Positions 30,831 through 39,576 of a DNA stretch of 64,000 bases are shown here, piece by piece. Position 1 is the stretch's first letter, and each line of letters starts with the position of its first letter. Source of the stretch: an uncultured Verrucomicrobiae bacterium. GTDB taxonomy: Bacteria > Verrucomicrobiota > Verrucomicrobiia > Chthoniobacterales > Chthoniobacteraceae. The stretch lies in NCBI GenBank assembly GCA_963769025.1, contig CAVYKI010000002.1, positions 64,001 to 128,000 on the forward strand. Reading direction: 5' to 3'. The translations under genes and the position numbers were made by a program. Under the pieces are notes generated by a model. It worked only from the letters and a program-made list of their open reading frames with translations. It was not told the origin of the DNA and ran no database searches.

Positions 30831-32000
30831 ATGAAAGCAGCCATCGCCCTCACGTTGTTCGCCGCTCTCGCATGGACGCACGCCAACGGCGCGACGCTGA
30901 ACGAGGAATTGTCCGGTTTTTCCAAGCGCTTCGAAGCCGCCCAGCCGTCCGAAAGCCAGCAGGCGATCTGGAAGCTCGACTGGGAGGATCACCTTTCCAC
31001 CGCCCTCGCGCGCGCGAAAACCGAGCGCCGGCCGATCCTTTTCATCCACGTCACCAACATCTCCGGCCCGTCCTACTTCGGTGCCGGGCATTGTTGAGCA
31101 AATGCCGACCACGTGAGAGGCAGTTGCCTCTCCCACAGTGACGCGATCGAGGCACTCAGAGGATTCATTGTCACGTCTTGGAGCGGTCACACCGACATGC
31201 GCGATCCGAAGGACATGCCGCCTGAAGTTGCGCGTGTGCATGCCACGGCCGCGGGCACGCGTGTGAAAGGCAACATCAAGTGCTTCATCCTCGCACCCGA
31301 CGGCGAGGTCGAGGCGGTGTTCAATGCGTTCCCAAACAACGATGTCACCTCCTTCGGCTTCGACGCGGACGAAGCCGGTCGCTACTTTGCGAAGAGCATC
31401 CGGCATTTCTCGAGCGGACTGAAAATCCCCGATCCCGCGAAGAAGGATTCGCGACTTGCGCTGCCGAAGACCCTCCAGGACGGCACGCCGGCAGACGCGC
31501 GGCTCGTGCTTCATGTTTCGCCAAAATCGCAGCCGTCCCAATACCGCGCCGCCGTGGCCGAACCGTTGCGGCTCGGAATCGAGGCCCGTTCCGCGCTGAG
31601 TGGAGGGGGGAAGCCGGTGAAGGAATCGGGCACGGTCGCGGCCAGTTCGCTCGCGACCGTGCTGAAGCTTTTCTACCCGCCGGCGATCATGCAGGAGACC
31701 GGCGAGATCAGCGCGGTCGCAGGGACGCTCAATCTGAGTCCCATCGGCGCCAACAGCGACGGCGCTTGGGCAAAACTCACCGGTTCCGCGACGCTCACGC
31801 TGGACGATGGTGCGGACACGAAGTTCCCCGTGGAAGTGGACGCGCTGGTGCTCACGGATCCGGCCAGCGGCGCGTTCAAATCCGTGCGCGGCATTCTCAA
31901 TGGCGTTTGTCCGAAAGTGGCTGGCAAAAGCGGACCCGGACGGACGCATCAACTGGAAATGACCGGCACTTTCACGAGCCTCGACGCGGATTCGAAGTGA
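30831..32000 (+). CDS. Predicted secreted selenoprotein, thioredoxin fold with vicinal Cys-Sec (SelN-like), 389 aa; Sec UGA at 31095..31097
   Basis: Signal peptide MKAAIALTLFAALAWTHANGA, then LDWEDHLSTALARAKTERRPILF...GAGHC-TGA-ANADHVRGSCLSHSDAIEALRGFIVTSWS, in frame with ORF 31113..32000. Divergent from selD. Confidence 0.85.
31113..31136 (+). promoter_or_regulatory. Candidate bacterial SECIS
   Basis: Perfect inverted repeat GAGAGGC-AGUU-GCCUCUC (31115..31132), extendable with GUG/CAC, starting 15-17 nt after the UGA. Confidence 0.78.
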
Positions 32001-32127
32001 TCGGTCTTGGTTCCGGACGTCCGGTCGCGGTGAGCAGTTCTGTTCAGCTCCCGAGGAGGCTTGAGGCGTTTTCCAGAACGTGTGCACCGGAGCGCCAAAG
32101 TATTCATGGCCGGTGTCTCAACCCCGG

Positions 32128-32156
32128 TTGACATGCAGAGGCGGTCTCCGTAGACA
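32128..32156 (+). promoter_or_regulatory. Possible sigma70 promoter upstream of the polysaccharide genes
   Basis: TTGACA-17 nt-TAGACA; the -10 box is imperfect. Confidence 0.3.
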
Positions 32157-32408
32157 AAATCCCATGGGCAACAAACCGAACCCGTTCCTGATCGCCGATG
32201 GCGGGACGTTGATGGGGCGGTTCCTTCGGGCGAGTGCGGGTGTCCGTTTGGTCGAGGGCGCGTGCGGATCATTGGTGGGCGTTTATCCATTCAACACCAA
32301 GCCGCCGAGCACCCGGGCAATCGCCGGGTTCGTCGTCCGCCTTCCGCTTTGATGCGCACCCCGGCGCTTCCACGCGGCGTGTTTCCGAGGCTTTCCCGGT
32401 AGCAAAGC

Positions 32409-33332
32409 ATGAACTCCACAGACGGCATCCTCTTCAGTCTGATCGTTCCGACGCTGAACAGGCACGACGACGTGGAGCGGTTGCTGGTGTCGATTGCCGG
32501 GCAGTCGTGCCGGGATTTCGAGGTCATCATCGTCGATCAAAACGCGGACGATCGCCTCGGCGACCTATGCCGCGAGTTTGCGCGCCGCATGCCGCTGCTG
32601 CACCTGAAGGTGGAGTCGAAGGGGGCAGCGCGCGCGCGCAACCACGGGCTTGGATTTGCAAAAGGTGGCATCATCAATTTTCCGGATGACGATTGCCAGC
32701 TCACGCCGGGATTGCTGGAAACCGTGGCCGCGCTCCTGAAGCAGAATCCTGACTGGGATGCGGTTTTCGGCCGCGCGATCGATCCGGTTTCAAAGGAAAG
32801 CTCAGTCACCAAGTTTGACTCGCGGGCGCAGTGGGTGACGCCAGGAAACGTCTATCAGACCACCGTGGAATTCACGATGTTCGCCAGACGATCGCTTTTC
32901 GACGAAGTCGGCCTGCTGGACGAAAATCTCGGCGTCGGGACGTTTTTTGGTGCGGAAGAGGGCGCGGATTTTGTGTTGCGCGCGCTCTACAGGAAGAAGC
33001 GACTTTTCTACGACCCCTCGTTGCTGTTCTACCACGTGGAAAAAGTGGTCCGGTACGACGAGAAGGATCACGTGCGGGCGTACGAATATGGAAAGGGTTT
33101 CGGCCGCCTGTCGGTGAAGCATGCCCGGCTTTACCGGCAGCCGAGGGCTGCGCTGCGGTTCCTGTATCGGCTGGTGCGGGCCGCGATGGCGGTGGCGCTT
33201 TACCTCTGTCTGCTGAAGCCGAACCAGAGCAAATACTATCGCGAACTCATCCGCGGAAGGATGGTGGGAGTCTTCCGCTCCTGGAGCGAATTTGGGCGAA
33301 ACGGCGCGGCCACGCTGCAGAAGAAATGCTGA
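32409..33332 (+). CDS. Glycosyltransferase family 2
   Basis: FSLIVPTLNR, FEVIIVDQN, GAARARNHGL, FPDDDC. Confidence 0.92.
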   Translation: MNSTDGILFSLIVPTLNRHDDVERLLVSIAGQSCRDFEVIIVDQNADDRLGDLCREFARRMPLLHLKVESKGAARARNHGLGFAKGGIINFPDDDCQLTPGLLETVAALLKQNPDWDAVFGRAIDPVSKESSVTKFDSRAQWVTPGNVYQTTVEFTMFARRSLFDEVGLLDENLGVGTFFGAEEGADFVLRALYRKKRLFYDPSLLFYHVEKVVRYDEKDHVRAYEYGKGFGRLSVKHARLYRQPRAALRFLYRLVRAAMAVALYLCLLKPNQSKYYRELIRGRMVGVFRSWSEFGRNGAATLQKKC

Positions 33333-33399
33333 ACGATCGCTGCCGGGAGGTTTGCGCGCGCCGGCCTTGCAACTTCAAAGCGAATAGACTTATGACTCC

Positions 33400-34593
33400 G
33401 TGAGCGCCAGTCCCCCGATGAGAATCACCCTGAACGGCTACTACGGCTTCGCCAATTACGGCGACGAGTTGTTCAATTTGACGACGGTCCTCGCCGCGCA
33501 GCGCTGGTGGGGAGGGCATCACGTGGACATCCTCGGTCCGCCGGTCCCGGGCATCGCGGCGGAATACCGGGTGCCGGCGTGGTTTCCCACGGCCCTCTAC
33601 ACTGGGCCGGGAGCGGTCGGGAAGGCGATCCGGCTGGCATTCTGTGCGGATGCGATGCTGCGGCGCGACTTACTCCTGTACGCAGGCGGTTCCACACTTT
33701 CATACGGCAGTATCCTCAAAAAAATCCAGAGGATCGCCGCGGAACGGAACTGCATCAAATTTGCCGGCATCGGCGTTTCCATAGGCCCGTTTGCAGATGC
33801 AGCGGACGAAGCGGAGGCCGCGCGTTTCCTTCGCAAGTTCACCTGCATTTCCGTGCGCGACAGACGCTCGATGGACCATCTCCGGAAAATGGACATCCCG
33901 GTGAAGGCGTTGCTGGCGCGGGATCTCGTGGGTGCCCTGCCGCTCTTGCTGCCAGAGGGCGAAACCATGCAATCCGCCGGTGCAGGGAGCGCGCGCAAAC
34001 CGCTGGGGATTTCACTCCGCGACTACGAGTGGCCCGATGCCGGAGACACGGCAGCCGCAGCTCGGAAGGAGGCGTTGTTCAAAGGCGTGGAGCGATTCGT
34101 AAAGCGCGAGCGGGTGCCGGTCCGCATTTTCTGCCTGAACACCCACCCGCGTTCGGGGGATCAGGCGATGTCATCCCAGCTTGCGGAGCGCCTGACCCGG
34201 CAGGGCGCGGAGGTCGAGGTGATCAGCGCAAAGGACAACCTCCTCGGTTGCTGGCACGGGCTGGCATCTTGCTCCGCGGTATTCACCGTCCGTCTTCACG
34301 GTGCCATCACCGCGTACCTATGCGGTGTACCACTGGTCCAGATCGAGTATCACGACAAGTGCACCGATCTGATGGATGACATCGGCCAGCACGCATCCTT
34401 GCGCATCGGCGGAGGCCATACCGATCCCGCGGCGATCGAGCAGGTCCTCGACCGGCTGTACCGTAACCCGCCGCCGCCGGCCTTGCCGCGAGAGACTTAC
34501 ATGGCCGAGGCCGCGTTGAACTTCACGCAGGTGCCATGGGCCACCGACCACGGAACGAAGGCGGCGGAGCATCCGGCGCAGCCCGCCCGGTGA
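33400..34593 (+). CDS. Polysaccharide pyruvyl transferase family protein
   Basis: GYYGFANYGDE, GVSIGPF, ISVRDRRS, VRLHGAI. Alternative ATG at 33418. Confidence 0.88.
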   Translation: MSASPPMRITLNGYYGFANYGDELFNLTTVLAAQRWWGGHHVDILGPPVPGIAAEYRVPAWFPTALYTGPGAVGKAIRLAFCADAMLRRDLLLYAGGSTLSYGSILKKIQRIAAERNCIKFAGIGVSIGPFADAADEAEAARFLRKFTCISVRDRRSMDHLRKMDIPVKALLARDLVGALPLLLPEGETMQSAGAGSARKPLGISLRDYEWPDAGDTAAAARKEALFKGVERFVKRERVPVRIFCLNTHPRSGDQAMSSQLAERLTRQGAEVEVISAKDNLLGCWHGLASCSAVFTVRLHGAITAYLCGVPLVQIEYHDKCTDLMDDIGQHASLRIGGGHTDPAAIEQVLDRLYRNPPPPALPRETYMAEAALNFTQVPWATDHGTKAAEHPAQPAR

Positions 34594-34748
34594 AACGGAC
34601 AATTTCGACAATGTGGTTTGCTGCACTCACCACCCCGCAGACCGCATCGGAATATTTCTGATCGCGGCGATTTCCACACCGAACCGATCGTGTCGCAAAA
34701 ACTGAGTTTGAAGCCGGGAAACAAGGACGATGGAGGGATGTTAAACGG

Positions 34749-35873
34749 ATGAAACCAAATCTCGCCGAAGCAAGGGTAGCGTGGATCACCAGGCGCGAAG
34801 TGCTGGATGCCGATGCGCTCCCTGCCAATCATGCATGGGGAACTGACGCCATTTTCTCGGCGGGAGCCAGGCGAGTGCAGCCGACGCGAATCCGGTGGAT
34901 TGACGCGGTAGGAGCAAGGTTGCGCCTGGGGCCCAACCTCTCGGAACAGCTATGGCTCTTCTTTAACCAGAGAAAGTACGACTTCGTCATCGCCAAAGAC
35001 ACCGACCTGGTCTGCGTCCTCTGCGTCCTCCTCTGGTTGTTCCGGCAGAGCAAGGGGATATTCGCATTCCTCCACTTTCCGCTCCGGGTCTTCATCAAGG
35101 ATTTTTTTCTGACGAAGCGTTGCAGCGTTCTCATGGCGCTCAGTGAAGAAATACACCGGCTTTCGCTCATCAGCTACCCCCGGGCAGCCCAACTTCTCAA
35201 AACCTTCGAATGGGCCGTCGATATTGAATTCTATGACCGGATTCGCGCGGAACTGGATGCCGGTGGGCAGATCGAATCCGCAGGTGCTCCGGTGCCTGAC
35301 GGCAAACTCCGCATTCTCCTCGTTGGGATCACCGGCAGGAAGTTCGCCTCATTCCTGGAGGCGACCGTTGCAGATCGGGATGTCGAAGTCCGGGTCGTGA
35401 CCGATTCACCCGATGTGCTGCTTCAGATCCAGAGCCTCCCAAACTACACCCCGGTGCGGACGGAGCCGGATAAACCGGTAACCTATCGCCAACTTGTCGC
35501 GCAGTATCTCGCATGCGATGTCGTCGCCATTCCGCTGGAGATCAAGGATGCTCCCGACGACGAACTTATCAGGCACCGGGCGACGCTTTGGGGAATCACC
35601 ACCCTACTCGAAGCATCGGCCCTCGCGAGACCGGTCGTGATGACCTTTAATCCGGTTCTAGGCTTCGACGTTGGCAGCCTGGAATGTGGCCTATGCCTCC
35701 GTGAGGACGACGCCCTCCATTGGAAAAAAGCGATCCAGTGGTGTCGCGGGCACAAGGCGTCGCTCAAGGCCATGGGTGAGCAGGCCAGGCGTAACGTCGA
35801 CGAGTACTACAATTTGCGTTGCTTCCGGGAGCGGCTGAAGACGACAATTGAAACTTACTATGCCAGTCAGTGA
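34749..35873 (+). CDS. Glycosyltransferase, GT4-like (GT-B)
   Basis: C-terminal CDVVAIPL...GITTLLEASALARPVV...MGEQARRNV pattern. Confidence 0.75.
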   Translation: MKPNLAEARVAWITRREVLDADALPANHAWGTDAIFSAGARRVQPTRIRWIDAVGARLRLGPNLSEQLWLFFNQRKYDFVIAKDTDLVCVLCVLLWLFRQSKGIFAFLHFPLRVFIKDFFLTKRCSVLMALSEEIHRLSLISYPRAAQLLKTFEWAVDIEFYDRIRAELDAGGQIESAGAPVPDGKLRILLVGITGRKFASFLEATVADRDVEVRVVTDSPDVLLQIQSLPNYTPVRTEPDKPVTYRQLVAQYLACDVVAIPLEIKDAPDDELIRHRATLWGITTLLEASALARPVVMTFNPVLGFDVGSLECGLCLREDDALHWKKAIQWCRGHKASLKAMGEQARRNVDEYYNLRCFRERLKTTIETYYASQ

Positions 35874-35960
35874 CGCAACCTGGAATGGCCGGAACGAACC
35901 TCGCATCCACGCCAAGTTGGCCAGTCCGAAGGCTGCCGATGCGTTTGGATAAGGAGAAAC

Positions 35961-37322
35961 ATGCAGTTGCTTTTGCTTAGTTTGTTCTTTCTGGCGACTG
36001 TTACGTCCTCGTGGGACTTAATCGGAGTGCTCGACGTTGCCGGAGGAAATCTGCGCATTTGTTCCTTCTTCATGGTGAGTTTCATCGCGGCATCCATGAT
36101 TTGCTTCAAGCCGAGTCGCGTACCCCGCGTCCGCGGATTTGTTCTTCTGCTGATTTGGTTTGGGTTCAACTTGGTTGGCGCCACGAATGCGCCTCAAGTT
36201 TTTCGAACGTATGCGTATCTCGTCTGGCTGACTCTTGACGTCGCCCTGGTCTTTGCGTGTGCAGCGGCCTTCAGGACTCCGCGAGACCTAGCCACCCTTG
36301 CGCGTTGGAACTACTACAGCTTCATCCCAATCTCGTTGTTTGGGTTGATCCAGTTTGCTGCCTATCCGCTTGGCATCAATTTGCTGGTAAAACAAACTTG
36401 GGTCTCGGTTCTGGCGCGGATTAACGGATTCTCCTACGAGCCTTCCTACTACTCGACATACATGATTGTCGGTTGGGCCATGTCCTTTGTGCTCCTCGTG
36501 CGGGGTGTACATTTTGTCCGTCCGGCGTTGAGTTGGGCTGTCTTTGGAATGCATACGGCCGTTCTTGTCCTTTGCAGCTCGCGGATTGGCTACCTCGGCA
36601 TGGGAGTAATGGGCTTGGTCATGGCCCCGACAATCCTGAAATCCTTCCGAACCTCCCGGACGAGCAGGATTTTGACATCTGTAGCGGCTCTTGGCGCGGT
36701 GGTTTTGATTGGCGGCGGGGCGGTTCTCCTCATGAGTGTCAAAGATACGCCACTTCTGCTCGAGGGGACCGGCTTGGGTGGGACAGCGGCACACTCCGTG
36801 GATCAGCGTATGGCTGGAGTCGAACTATACGAGGAATTGTTCATGGCCAACCCGTTGAAAGGCTACAGTGTGGGCGGCATCGCGGCGCAAATCGCGGGGG
36901 CGGACGGGTCCATGTCCATCGATTACGAGGCCATGCGACAAAGCCAGGGGTGCAACGTTTCGCTCGAAATCCTGCTGGCTACGGGCATCGTTGGGGCGCC
37001 GTTTTTTTTCTGGTACTTTTTCAAGCTCACCTTTGCCTCGCTCAGTCGAATCCGCACCGTTGCCGATGCGCGCATGCGTGCAATATGTGCCGCCAATATC
37101 TGGGGCCTTATCATGCAGTTTTTCCTGCTGCAATTTAACCAAAATATCTTGCGTAACTATTTTTGGATCCAAATCGCGGTGGTGTCTTGTCTTGTGACTC
37201 ACGCCTTGCGCCAAAGGCGTGGAGAGCATGCACTCCCGGTCCATCATTCGCGGTCATTCCAGGCGGAGCGCGAGCACGCACCGCTTCCGGAGGCGGCCAA
37301 TCTTTCCATTCCGCGAGCATGA
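35961..37322 (+). CDS. O-antigen polymerase/ligase (Wzy-like) membrane protein
   Basis: About 11-12 hydrophobic segments; RINGFSYEPSY, SSRIG, LEILLATGIVG; located in the polysaccharide locus. Confidence 0.78.
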   Translation: MQLLLLSLFFLATVTSSWDLIGVLDVAGGNLRICSFFMVSFIAASMICFKPSRVPRVRGFVLLLIWFGFNLVGATNAPQVFRTYAYLVWLTLDVALVFACAAAFRTPRDLATLARWNYYSFIPISLFGLIQFAAYPLGINLLVKQTWVSVLARINGFSYEPSYYSTYMIVGWAMSFVLLVRGVHFVRPALSWAVFGMHTAVLVLCSSRIGYLGMGVMGLVMAPTILKSFRTSRTSRILTSVAALGAVVLIGGGAVLLMSVKDTPLLLEGTGLGGTAAHSVDQRMAGVELYEELFMANPLKGYSVGGIAAQIAGADGSMSIDYEAMRQSQGCNVSLEILLATGIVGAPFFFWYFFKLTFASLSRIRTVADARMRAICAANIWGLIMQFFLLQFNQNILRNYFWIQIAVVSCLVTHALRQRRGEHALPVHHSRSFQAEREHAPLPEAANLSIPRA

Positions 37323-38404
37323 AGATTTTGTTTGATGCCCGTTGCCTCATGCAGCCTACGACCGGCATCCAGGTCGTCGCTCGCAATCTGCTCGCCGAGT
37401 TGTCGCGCTCGGACATGGTTGACGAACTTGTTGTCCTCGCAGGGCCGGAAGTCGACATCGGCGACGGAGCGTCGGATTGCGAGTGCGTTCGCACAGGGAT
37501 CGGCCCATATGATTTTTTCCGGCAGCGAGAGGTGGCGCGGTTGATCAATCAGACGGAGGCGGATATCCTGCTCTCGCCAACCTATTTCATTCCGTATGGC
37601 GTGAAGAAGCCTTACATCATGATGGTCCATGATTTGATCCCCCGGAAGATATGGCTCGGGCGGCAGTCAATTTATTACCGCTGCCTGCTTGGGGAACGCA
37701 TGCGTTCTGCGCTTGGGATATGGACGGTTTCGAATTACTCGCGCCGGGAAATCCTCTCCACCAATGCGAATTTGGATGCGCGGGTCCAGGTATTGCCGTC
37801 TGGTTATACGAGCGCTCCAGGCAGTGCGGCGCCTTTGTGCAAGCGGCGCGAGCTTCTGGTCTTCGCGAGCCGGTTTCGCCACAAGAACATCTCGTTTGCC
37901 ATCCGCGCGTTCGAAGCCCTGCAGGCGATTTCAGGCAAGGCTTGGAAGCTGCATGTGGTCGGCAACCTTTCGCACATGCAGGACGCTGCGTTTCCGGAAG
38001 GCGTTTCCCTTCGGGGCCGTGTGACGGACAGCGAACTCACCGAGCTTTACCGGCAGTGCTGGGGTGTGTTGCTTCCGTCTATGGAGGAAGGGTTCAGCCT
38101 GCCGTTGATCGAGGGCATGAGCCATGGCTGCGTAGTCTTTTACCATCGTCATACGGCGATGAGCGAAACTGCCGGCGAGGCGGGGGTCGGGCTTGATTTG
38201 GGGCGACCCGAAGAATGGGCGCAAGCGATCATCGCAACTGCGGCGGGTGACGGCGAGGCGGAGGCGCACCGGGATCGGGCACGGAAGCGCGCTGCGGAAT
38301 TTTCAAGGGAGCGCTTTGTCTCCGCATTTCACGGGGCGCTCAGCCGGACTTTGGAGGGTTTGCCGTTCGGAACCGGAGCAACGCGGAAACATCATTCAAA
38401 ATGA
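37319..38404 (+). CDS. Glycosyltransferase family 4
   Basis: ATG 37319 overlaps the upstream TGA; MKILFDAR, MVHDLIP, HKN, LPSMEEGFSLPLIEGM. Confidence 0.88.
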   Translation: MKILFDARCLMQPTTGIQVVARNLLAELSRSDMVDELVVLAGPEVDIGDGASDCECVRTGIGPYDFFRQREVARLINQTEADILLSPTYFIPYGVKKPYIMMVHDLIPRKIWLGRQSIYYRCLLGERMRSALGIWTVSNYSRREILSTNANLDARVQVLPSGYTSAPGSAAPLCKRRELLVFASRFRHKNISFAIRAFEALQAISGKAWKLHVVGNLSHMQDAAFPEGVSLRGRVTDSELTELYRQCWGVLLPSMEEGFSLPLIEGMSHGCVVFYHRHTAMSETAGEAGVGLDLGRPEEWAQAIIATAAGDGEAEAHRDRARKRAAEFSRERFVSAFHGALSRTLEGLPFGTGATRKHHSK

Positions 38405-39540
38405 GCAACGTCGCGCTGGCTCATCATTGGCTCATCAGCATGCGTGGAGGTGAACGCGTGCTGGAAGAGATGTGCGCGCTTTTTCCCGACGCACCCGTCC
38501 ACACTCTCGTCGCGCAGGTCGATCGGCTCAGTGCCCGGATTGCGGCGCATCGCATCGTTCCTTCGCTGCTCCAGCGGCTGCCCGGGGCGACGCGGCACTA
38601 TAAAAAACTGCTGCCGCTTTTCAAATTCGCGATCCCGCGGATGCGCGTGGCGGCGGAGACGCAGTTGGTTTTCAGCTCCGACGCGAGCATGATCAAAGGG
38701 CTGAACGTGCCGCCGGGAGTGCCCCATGTCTGCTATTGCCACTCGCCTCCGCGTTACCTCTGGGATCTGCACGAAACGTACATGAAAGGCAGTGCGGAGA
38801 TCGGCGCGTTCGGGCGTTTTGTGTTCCGGCACGTGCTGGCTTCCGCGCGCGCCTTTGACCTTGCGGGCGCGAAGAAGGTTACGCACTTCATCGCCAATTC
38901 CGCCTTCGTCCGGGAGCGCATCCGGCGGATTTACGGCCGTGAATCGGTGGTGATTCATCCGCCGGTTTCGGTGGATGATTTTTCGGCGGAGCGCCCGCGG
39001 AAGGACTTTTTCCTGCTCGTCTCCGAAATCACGCCCTACAAGCGCGTGGACCTGGCGGTCGAGGCGTTCCGGCGGAATGGCCGGCAGTTGGTGGTAATCG
39101 GAGACGGTTCCGAGATGGCCGCGTTGCGGGGGAGCGCCCCTTCCAACGTGACTTTCCTCGGGCGCCAGTCCTTCGCCGTGCTCAAGGAGCACCTGGAGAC
39201 TTGCCGGGCATTCGTCTTTCCGGGGATTGAAGATTTCGGCATTGCGCCGTGCGAAGCGCAGGCGTCTGGCGCGCCGGTGATCGCCTTTGCCGAGGGTGGC
39301 GCGCTGGAGACGGTGAAGGACGGGGTGACTGGCGTTTACTTCGCCGAGCAGACGCCGGATGCGCTCGTCGCGGCGCTGGAACGGTTTGAAGCACTCCCGC
39401 CTTTTAGCCCCGAGGTCTGCCGCGTCAATGTCGAGCGGTTTCGCCCGGAGCAGTTCCGCCGCGCCATTCGCGAATATATGGCTTCGGAATTTCCGCGGTT
39501 TTTCGCCAGCTACCCGTGGCCTGAGGAGGGGAAACCGTAG
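38401..39540 (+). CDS. Glycosyltransferase family 4 (mannosyltransferase-like)
   Basis: HHWLISMRGGERVL, YCHSPPRYLWD, YKRVDLAV, EDFGIAPCEAQASG. Confidence 0.92.
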   Translation: MSNVALAHHWLISMRGGERVLEEMCALFPDAPVHTLVAQVDRLSARIAAHRIVPSLLQRLPGATRHYKKLLPLFKFAIPRMRVAAETQLVFSSDASMIKGLNVPPGVPHVCYCHSPPRYLWDLHETYMKGSAEIGAFGRFVFRHVLASARAFDLAGAKKVTHFIANSAFVRERIRRIYGRESVVIHPPVSVDDFSAERPRKDFFLLVSEITPYKRVDLAVEAFRRNGRQLVVIGDGSEMAALRGSAPSNVTFLGRQSFAVLKEHLETCRAFVFPGIEDFGIAPCEAQASGAPVIAFAEGGALETVKDGVTGVYFAEQTPDALVAALERFEALPPFSPEVCRVNVERFRPEQFRRAIREYMASEFPRFFASYPWPEEGKP

Positions 39541-39576
39541 CGCCAGAGCGGGGAGCATTCCGCGGCGGGGGCGGGC

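Noticed and set aside
32164..32352. Short ORF upstream of the GT2 gene
   Set aside because: No recognisable motif or RBS; cannot be supported as coding.
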